From positions 4,800,001 through 4,864,000 of the forward strand of contig OZ242358.1 in NCBI GenBank assembly GCA_965208835.1: a stretch of 64,000 nt of DNA. The letters run 5' to 3'. The stretch is from Candidatus Latescibacterota bacterium. GTDB lineage: Bacteria; Latescibacterota; UBA2968; GCA-2709665. This document shows positions 57,378 through 64,000 of this stretch, one piece after another. The notes below the pieces were generated by a model. It made no database searches, was not told the DNA's origin, and was given only the letters and a program-made list of their open reading frames with translations. A program made the translations under genes and the position numbers. Positions within the stretch are counted from its first letter, which is position 1. Each line of letters begins with the position of its first letter.

Positions 57378-58457
57378 GTGCTGTCCATCCGTGTGAAGCG
57401 GGCGCTGTCGGGATTCACCCTCGACGTGGCGGTGGATTGTTCCTACCCCGTGACGGCCATTTTCGGTCCTTCCGGAGCCGGGAAGACCACGCTGCTGAAC
57501 CTCGTGGCGGGTCTGCTGCGGCCGGACGCGGGGGAGATCCGTCTGGGCGACCGCGTGCTTTTTTCCTCCGAAACGGGTGTCAGTCTGCCGCCCGAGGCGC
57601 GCCGGGTGGGGTACGTATTTCAGGAGGACCTGTTGTTTCCCCACCTGACCGTGTTGGAAAACCTGCGGTACGGGTACGATCTCCTGTCTCCCCGGTCGCG
57701 CCGGTTCGACGTGGCGCCGATCGCGGACCTGATGGGATTGATGGGGCTGATGGACCGACGTCCCGCGCGTCTGTCCGGCGGCGAGCGGCAGCGGGTGGCG
57801 CTTGCGCGGGCGATTCTGACATCGCCGGACCTGCTCCTGATGGATGAGCCCCTCGCTTCGCTGGATCAGGAGCTGAAAGATCGCATCATCCCGTACCTGC
57901 GGCATATCAGATCGGACCTGGGCATACCGATCCTCTACGTGAGCCACTCGGTGGCGGAGATCCTGGAGTTGACGGGTCAGGTGATTGTGCTGAAAGGCGG
58001 GCGGGTGCTCGCGCACGGCGACTTCTTTCACGTAGTCCATCATCCCGAGGTGCTGCCGCTGGCCGAGGCGCACGGGTTCGAAAACGTCTTGCCGGTAGAG
58101 GTGGTGGCACAGGGCGGGATCCGAGACGGCTGCCGCGTGCGTTTTGGAGATCAGGACCTGCGGGTGCCCCCGTGCGACAGGCCGGTGGGAAGCCGCATTT
58201 TCATCGGCATCCGGGCAAACGACATCATCCTGAGCAGGAGACGGCCCGAAGGGTTGAGCATTCGCAACGCGATGCGTGGCCGGATCCTTGACATGCAGGA
58301 CGTGGACGGAAAGCAACTGGTCTACGTGGACGTGGGAAAACGCCTTGCCGTGGAGGTAACTCTGGAGGCGCTGGAAGAGTTGGGCCTTGAGGTGGGTGAC
58401 TCCGTGATGTGTCTTGTGAAAGCTCACTCGATCCGGATCGGACCGGACGTGGATTGA
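57378..58457 (+). CDS. modC: Molybdate ABC transporter ATP-binding protein
   Basis: GPSGAGKTT, LSGGERQR, MDEPLASLD, C-terminal TOBE/Mop domain (LSIRN). Confidence 0.92.
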   Translation: MLSIRVKRALSGFTLDVAVDCSYPVTAIFGPSGAGKTTLLNLVAGLLRPDAGEIRLGDRVLFSSETGVSLPPEARRVGYVFQEDLLFPHLTVLENLRYGYDLLSPRSRRFDVAPIADLMGLMGLMDRRPARLSGGERQRVALARAILTSPDLLLMDEPLASLDQELKDRIIPYLRHIRSDLGIPILYVSHSVAEILELTGQVIVLKGGRVLAHGDFFHVVHHPEVLPLAEAHGFENVLPVEVVAQGGIRDGCRVRFGDQDLRVPPCDRPVGSRIFIGIRANDIILSRRRPEGLSIRNAMRGRILDMQDVDGKQLVYVDVGKRLAVEVTLEALEELGLEVGDSVMCLVKAHSIRIGPDVD

Positions 58458-58491
58458 AGGTCGGCGGGCGGGCGGCCGCCGCCCGCGATCT

Positions 58492-59445
58492 TCATTCGCC
58501 CGCTTCCTCATCTTCATAGAACAGCTTGAGCAGCGCAAGGAAGTGCCGGTCCCGCCGGTTTCGTACCCGATCGATGGACTCAGGCGTGTAATGATGAAAA
58601 CCGCGACCGGTTTTTACGCCGTAGTGCCCGTCCTCAACCAGCTTCCGGATGCTGCCCGGGAGTTCGGTGTCGGAACGGATTTCAGGAACCAGAATCCCGT
58701 AGACCAGCGCCGAGACGTCCAGACCCCCGAAGTCCCGAACCGAAAGGGGCCCCGTAGCGGCCAGGCGGAACCCCACGCTGGCTCGAACCGCCCGGTCGAT
58801 GTCCTCGGGCGCGGCCACGCCCCGGTCAAGCAGGTCCCAGACCTCACGCTGCATGGCGACCTGAATTCTGTTGACCAGGAAACCCGGAAGCTCCTTCTTG
58901 AGGCGGACCGGCACCTTGCCGATTTTCTTCAGGACATCTACCGCGGTCTGTGCCGTCCGCTCGGTCGTACGTTCACCGGGCACGACTTCCACGAGCGGTA
59001 CGATATGCGGCGGATTGAACCAGTGGGTCACCACGGCTCGCCCGGGATGCAAAAGGCCCCGGGCAATGTCGGTCATGGGAAAAGACGACGTGTTGCTGGC
59101 CAGTATCGTCTCCCGTGAGACGTTTTTTTCCAGTCCGGCGAAGAGTTCCCGCTTGACGTCGAGGTCCTCTCGAACGGCTTCCGTGACGAATCCGGCGGGT
59201 TCCACGGCTTCGCGTTCGCTGCTGAAAACCATAATGCGACCAAGTGTTTCCCTGGCGGAATCGGGCGTGTCCATCCCCGCCTGAATGCGTTGCCGCAGAT
59301 TCGACTCAATGCGGCCGTAAAGAGAGTCACGGGCCGCAGGGGATTCGTCGTAGCAGCGGACAGGGTGGCCTGCCGCCGCGAATGCCTGCGCGATCCCATG
59401 GCCCATCGTGCCCAGGCCGAGGACGGCAACTGTCTGGAGCGCCAT
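58492..59445 (-). CDS. 3-hydroxyacyl-CoA dehydrogenase family protein
   Basis: GLGTMGHG, EAVRE, ASNTSS, HWFNPP, PGFLVNRIQ. Confidence 0.9.
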   Translation of the reverse strand: MALQTVAVLGLGTMGHGIAQAFAAAGHPVRCYDESPAARDSLYGRIESNLRQRIQAGMDTPDSARETLGRIMVFSSEREAVEPAGFVTEAVREDLDVKRELFAGLEKNVSRETILASNTSSFPMTDIARGLLHPGRAVVTHWFNPPHIVPLVEVVPGERTTERTAQTAVDVLKKIGKVPVRLKKELPGFLVNRIQVAMQREVWDLLDRGVAAPEDIDRAVRASVGFRLAATGPLSVRDFGGLDVSALVYGILVPEIRSDTELPGSIRKLVEDGHYGVKTGRGFHHYTPESIDRVRNRRDRHFLALLKLFYEDEEAGE

Positions 59446-59491
59446 TTCAGTAATCCCCGGATTCGCTGCCGGAAGCAGATTCTGGCATGGG

Positions 59492-60232
59492 TTAAAGCGT
59501 CTTACCGCCGTCCACAACCAGGACCTGCCCGGTGACCAGTTCGTTGATGACCAGGCCCAGGATCGCGTTGGCGATATCTTCAGGTTCCGCAACACGCTGG
59601 AGGGGAGTGGCTTCGCGATTTTCGCGAATGAATTCGTCCCATCCCTTCACCCAGCGCGTGTTGACGATGCCGGGGGCCACGGCGTTCACCCGAATGCGGG
59701 GCGCCTGGCTGATGGCCAGGGATCTGGTGAGAGAAATCAACGCCGCCTTGGAGGCGCAATAGGCGATGGAACTCCCCTGCCCGCAGGTGCCGGCGATCGA
59801 AGCCACGTTGACGATCTGCCCCCCCGCTTCGGGCATCTTAGGTATCGCGGCCCTGGCGCAATAGAAGGCGCCCTTGACGTTGACGTCGAAGACCGGGTCC
59901 CAGGCCTCGTCGGTAAGGGCCTCGAGGTCGGCAAGCGGCACGAAGACGGTAGTACCCGCGTTGTTGACCAGGATATCCAGTCGACCCAGTTCCTCACCCA
60001 CGCGGTCCACCATTTCACGGACGGCGCTTTCGTCCGACACGTCTGTGCGGACTGCGATCGAGTTTCTGCCCAGCGCACGAATATCCGCGGCCGTGGCTTC
60101 GGCCTCGGTCCTGGAACGCGAATAGTTGACGGCCACGTCGGCCCCTTCGGAGGCGAGGAGCAGCGATGTCGCTCTGCCGATTCCCGTGCCGCCGCCGGTG
60201 ACAAGCGCAACCCTTCCGTCCATGCGGCCCAT
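59492..60232 (-). CDS. Short-chain dehydrogenase/reductase
   Basis: TGGGTGIG, NNAG, YCASK. Confidence 0.92.
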   Translation of the reverse strand: MGRMDGRVALVTGGGTGIGRATSLLLASEGADVAVNYSRSRTEAEATAADIRALGRNSIAVRTDVSDESAVREMVDRVGEELGRLDILVNNAGTTVFVPLADLEALTDEAWDPVFDVNVKGAFYCARAAIPKMPEAGGQIVNVASIAGTCGQGSSIAYCASKAALISLTRSLAISQAPRIRVNAVAPGIVNTRWVKGWDEFIRENREATPLQRVAEPEDIANAILGLVINELVTGQVLVVDGGKTL

Positions 60233-60339
60233 ATTGAATCCTTTCGATTTGGTTAATATTGGTTGTTCTCAGGGGTTACGAGTCGTCAACTTCAATTCGA
60301 AAAAAGACCACGGTCAAATTGGCCACGAAAAACCTGAAT

Positions 60340-60510
60340 GCGGGTAGAGGGTAGAGGGAAGACGGTAGACCAAGAGCGGTGAGACGGGAGCCGGTAGACG
60401 GTAGAAGAAATCCTTGCCCGGTATGTTTTTCCTTCTTGTCTTCGACACGAATAGAATCCTCACGAGGCAGGCAATCTCTCCCCTCTCCCGTCTTACGTCT
60501 CACCCGGTGA
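60340..60510. repeat. Family C element copy 3
   Basis: Heptamer arms plus core CCTTGCCCGGTATG...GGCAGGCAATCTC. Confidence 0.75.
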
Positions 60511-60626
60511 TAGGGCGGCCGGGGGGAGAGGTCCCGAAAGCGTCCAGCGATCTGGTGTATTCTGGTAATCCGCCGTCTAATCGCCTTTATTAACTGGCAT
60601 ATATTCGAATTAACGTGCACGAAGAC

Positions 60627-61910
60627 TTACGAATCAAGGCTAAACGGAATGGCGACCACGTCGCGGATGTGCCTTGCATCGGTAAGCACCATCAAGAGAC
60701 GATCGACGCCCAGCGCGATTCCGCCGGCGGGCGGCATTCCGGCTTCGAGCGCCCCCAGAAATTCTTCGTCGATCGGGTAAGCCGGACGACCGGCGTGTTT
60801 TCGCTGCGCGGCTTCGTTTTCCAGCCGGGCTCTCTGTTCGGCGGGATTGTTCAGTTCCGTAAAGGCGTTGGCGAGTTCCACGCCCGAGACGTAGAGTTCG
60901 AACCGTTCCGCGATGCCGGGCGCATTCTGTTTCAACCTGGCAAGAGCAGCCATTTCCGCGGGATAATCCATGAGAAAGGTGGGCCGCCCCGCGCCGAGTT
61001 GCTTTTCCACGGCATCCAGGAACACCTTGAAGTAAGCGACCTCGAAAGGATCGTCAGGGGATACCGAACGGTGGCCATGCTGCCTGGCTTCGCGAATAAA
61101 CGCATCGAGGTCGGCAGCCGGGTCGGCGTACACGCCGGCGTACCTGGCGAATGCTTCCCGCACGGTCAGACGTTGCCACGGCGGCGTGAAATCGATGGTT
61201 CGACCCCTGTACACAACCGAAGAATCGCCGGTAACTTCGCGTACCAGGCCGTGAATCAGATTCTCCGTGTCCGCCATGATCGTCGTGTAGTCGGCAAACG
61301 CCCGGTACCATTCCAGGAGGGTGAATTCGGGGCTGTGCATCGGACCGGGTGCGTCCTGCCGAAAGGATTTGCAGATCTGGAAGATGCGTTCGTACCCGGA
61401 CGACAGGAGACGCTTCATCGCGTATTCGGGTGAAGTAGGCAGGTAGTAGCGCCTGACGTGTCCGTTGTCGCTGTAGACGGTTTCGAAGGCGTCCAGATGG
61501 GGTTCCATCCCGGGGCTCCGGACGAGCAACGGGGTCTCGACCTCAAGGAAGCCCGCGTTCTCAAAAAACCGCCGTATAAACGAGAGAATCCGTGCGCGGG
61601 TACGCAGAATCCCGGGGGCGCGACCGGCTTCCGGAGCGCGCAGCGCCGGCGCAAGCACGCGGTGGGTTCGGACTTGAAAAACCGGGGGCTGCCAGGTCCC
61701 GCGCAACTCGACAACGTCTCCATTGCGCGGTCTTTCAGGTGTCTGGCCGAATGCCAGGGAGACTTCGCCGGATTCATCTTTCAGTCGCGGTCCGTCCGTT
61801 CCGATGCCCGAGGCGATCCGGCCGGCCAGTACTGCTTCGTCGCCGGGCGCAAGTTCGGCGATGAGATGGGTCCGGGCGCACCCGGCGGGGTAGACTGCAG
61901 ATTCAGTCAT
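60627..61910 (-). CDS. epmA: EF-P lysine aminoacylase (EpmA/GenX) with N-terminal extension
   Basis: EVETP, YLPTSPEYAMKRLL, HSPEFTLLEWY, ERFELY..GVELANAF, GIALGVDRL. Confidence 0.88.
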   Translation of the reverse strand: MTESAVYPAGCARTHLIAELAPGDEAVLAGRIASGIGTDGPRLKDESGEVSLAFGQTPERPRNGDVVELRGTWQPPVFQVRTHRVLAPALRAPEAGRAPGILRTRARILSFIRRFFENAGFLEVETPLLVRSPGMEPHLDAFETVYSDNGHVRRYYLPTSPEYAMKRLLSSGYERIFQICKSFRQDAPGPMHSPEFTLLEWYRAFADYTTIMADTENLIHGLVREVTGDSSVVYRGRTIDFTPPWQRLTVREAFARYAGVYADPAADLDAFIREARQHGHRSVSPDDPFEVAYFKVFLDAVEKQLGAGRPTFLMDYPAEMAALARLKQNAPGIAERFELYVSGVELANAFTELNNPAEQRARLENEAAQRKHAGRPAYPIDEEFLGALEAGMPPAGGIALGVDRLLMVLTDARHIRDVVAIPFSLDS

Positions 61911-62102
61911 GGACATGGCCGAACGGTACGGGAACTTCCTGCAACAGGTCCAGGAAGCAGTTTTGGAATTCTCAGCTTTTTAAAAAGGCGATTGAGAATA
62001 TAGGATAACCGGTGTCGAGGAGCAACAGGCATCCGTACGGGACGGGATCTCCGGCGGAAAAATCCCTTGCCGCCACTACATTTCTCGCGATATATTTTCA
62101 CT

Positions 62103-62287
62103 AGGCGGGGAGAGGTGAGAGGGTAGACGGTAGATGAGATCCTTGCCCGACATCTAATCCTCGTTGCCTTCGGCACGAGAGGAAGCCTCACAGGGCAGGT
62201 AATCTCTAACCTCTCCCGGCTTACGTCTCACCAGGTGGTGGGGCGGGGTGTGGTCCTCTCCCGTCTAACGTCTTCCGTCTCCCCGCT
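62103..62287. repeat. Family C element copy 4
   Basis: Heptamer arms plus core with CTCGTTGCC-TTC-GGCACGAG. Confidence 0.78.
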
Positions 62288-62345
62288 CTTTGCTGACAGC
62301 TTCTTGAAGCAGTATACTGTTTCTGCACAGGAGAACCTGGCTGAT

Positions 62346-62927
62346 ATGAGACTTCGAATAGCACGGTATTCCATTTCACTGCATTTCGCCCTTGTCGCCG
62401 TATTGGCCGTTCTCCCTCGAAGCCTGCCCGTGTCGGCCGGTACATTCCGGGCGAGCGGCGGGATGTTCTTCAACAACAATGAGCCGGGCGGAGGTATTTC
62501 CGTCGATCTTGGCGACAAGGGGATGATGCTCTCGCCCTACGTGGATTTTTTCGGCAAGTCCGGCTCGCGCATTTTCGGCGGCGGGCTCAACCTCGTCGTC
62601 AAACGCACCGGAGGCGAACAATCGCAACTCTATGTGGGCCTGGGAGGAGGCATCGCCTCCGTTAGAATGGAAGAGAGCTCGAGCGGCATCACCGGTTCGG
62701 CGTCAAAGACGCAGGCAATGGCGGATCTCGTGCTGGGTGTGGAGTTCGACCTGCACGAAAACGTCGGCGGGTTCGTCCAGGTCAAGTGGCTGGGGACATT
62801 CGGCGGCGGCCGGGTGGACATTACGGGTCAGGTTGAAGGACTGACGGTTACGATACCGGACGCGATTGACCTGGAACTCAGAAATTTCGCGGTCCAGGCA
62901 GGAATTACGGTCGGTTTCTGGCGATGA
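62346..62927 (+). CDS. Outer membrane beta-barrel protein
   Basis: Signal peptide, amphipathic strands, C-terminal aromatic residues; paralog of the next gene. Confidence 0.75.
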   Translation: MRLRIARYSISLHFALVAVLAVLPRSLPVSAGTFRASGGMFFNNNEPGGGISVDLGDKGMMLSPYVDFFGKSGSRIFGGGLNLVVKRTGGEQSQLYVGLGGGIASVRMEESSSGITGSASKTQAMADLVLGVEFDLHENVGGFVQVKWLGTFGGGRVDITGQVEGLTVTIPDAIDLELRNFAVQAGITVGFWR

Positions 62928-63112
62928 CTGCGAATCCGGCGGCCGGCGGATGTAAACGGTTCGCCGCACAGCATCTGTTGAGCCGTAGAAGCGCGTCAGG
63001 CCGTTTTTGGGTTGATTTCCGGCGGTATTTTGGCGATTATTATTGTTGTTGAAACGTCCTTCTATCCCGACGATCCGGAAGTCAATACCACGGCAGCCGC
63101 AGGGAGGCTTGA

Positions 63113-63715
63113 ATGCAGGCGCTTTTCCGCGTACTCTTTGTCATCTGCTTGACTGTAATGCTCACCACTTCCACCACGTGGGCGCAGCACGCGCTGAAGT
63201 TGGGCGCGGGTGTACACTTGGATGAACAGACGCCGGGCATCGGACTCGCGTATGACATCAGCGCCTCCGAGGGCCTGGTCGCGTTTTCGCCGTTTATCGA
63301 TTTCTTTACCAAATCCGAAAACAGGGTCTTCGGCGGCGGCCTGAATTTAGTCGTCAAACGTCCCACCGGTGAAAAAGGGATCATCTACTTCGGAGGCGGA
63401 GGTGGCATAGGCAGCGTGACGTCAAAGAGGGAATTTGACGTTGACATTGGCGAAACCACCGACAGATCCGTAGAGACGGTTGAAGCTTCAAGAACCCAGG
63501 CCATGGTCACTGTGCTGGCCGGCCTGGAATTCGCCACAACCGAGACGGCGTCGGTCTTCCTGCAAGGCAAGTGGATTGGCATGTACAGCGGAGATCCCGA
63601 AGTCATCACACTCTCCAGCGGCCAGGAGGTGGCGCCACAACTGGATGTGAAGAGTTTTGCATTTCAGATTGGCCTGTCTCTCAATATCGGCCGATCGGAA
63701 TATGAGGACTATTAG
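63113..63715 (+). CDS. Outer membrane beta-barrel protein
   Basis: Signal peptide; SPFIDFF..FGGGLNLVVKR and ASRTQAM shared with the previous gene. Confidence 0.75.
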   Translation: MQALFRVLFVICLTVMLTTSTTWAQHALKLGAGVHLDEQTPGIGLAYDISASEGLVAFSPFIDFFTKSENRVFGGGLNLVVKRPTGEKGIIYFGGGGGIGSVTSKREFDVDIGETTDRSVETVEASRTQAMVTVLAGLEFATTETASVFLQGKWIGMYSGDPEVITLSSGQEVAPQLDVKSFAFQIGLSLNIGRSEYEDY

Positions 63716-63778
63716 GCAACACACGCCGCGCCTGAATCATCAATCTGGCCGGGGCTGAACGCGAATATTGGAGGCATA

Positions 63779-64000
63779 ATGAGAATCCGAATTAGAAGCT
63801 GTCTTAAAATTCCCAGCGGTCTTCGCGCGGCTGCAAAAGCGCCGGTCGGCGTTGGTCAAACCCGCCCGTATAGACAAATATGGGCGGATTCTCCCGCCTT
63901 GACCGCCACTTTTTCGCTCGCGCTCGGGATCTCACCGGTAATTTTAAAACAGCTTCTGCTGGTTTTGCTGTCCGGCTTCGCCTTATTGGCTGCCACGCCC
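63779..64000 (+). CDS. 5' part of a secreted protein with an in-frame MITE in its signal peptide (runs off the window)
   Basis: GGAGG RBS and ATG at 63779; frame open to the window end; removing the MITE gives MRIRIMLVLLSGFALLAATP. Confidence 0.7.
   Translation, partial: MRIRIRSCLKIPSGLRAAAKAPVGVGQTRPYRQIWADSPALTATFSLALGISPVILKQLLLVLLSGFALLAATP
63795..63956 (-). mobile_element. MITE family A copy 6 (162 bp)
   Basis: TIRs; reverse complement of the copy 2 subtype. Confidence 0.9.

Overview
GC-rich bacterial chromosomal window. The gene content (TPR-ExbB-ExbD-ExbD-TonB, many catabolic oxidoreductases and hydrolases, outer-membrane beta-barrels) suggests a diderm FCB-group lineage such as Latescibacterota; this is inference only. 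Housekeeping genes include guaB, cysS, ddl, ispDF, queA, smc, modBC, epmA and tRNA-Thr(TGT). There is a long catabolic cluster at about 32.5-46.2 kb and a GntR/YtrA ABC operon. The top finding is an AbgB-like M20 amidohydrolase (42538-43860) whose conserved metal-ligand motif HGCGH is encoded as HG-TGA-GH and followed by a SECIS-like hairpin, making it a candidate selenoprotein. Also notable: (i) a DinG / synthetase-degenerate Rel / lipoprotein / catalytically dead RNase II-like locus; (ii) a PhyH-family enzyme with the halogenase-type HxG motif; (iii) at least four families of non-autonomous repeats, namely two MITE families (one copy sits in frame inside a signal peptide), heptamer-armed elements with a covarying GNA-triloop hairpin, and GTAG REPs; (iv) a TlpA protein with five copies of an unrecognised helical repeat. 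No CRISPR array, rRNA or transposase was seen. All calls come from reading motifs by eye; no database searches were run.
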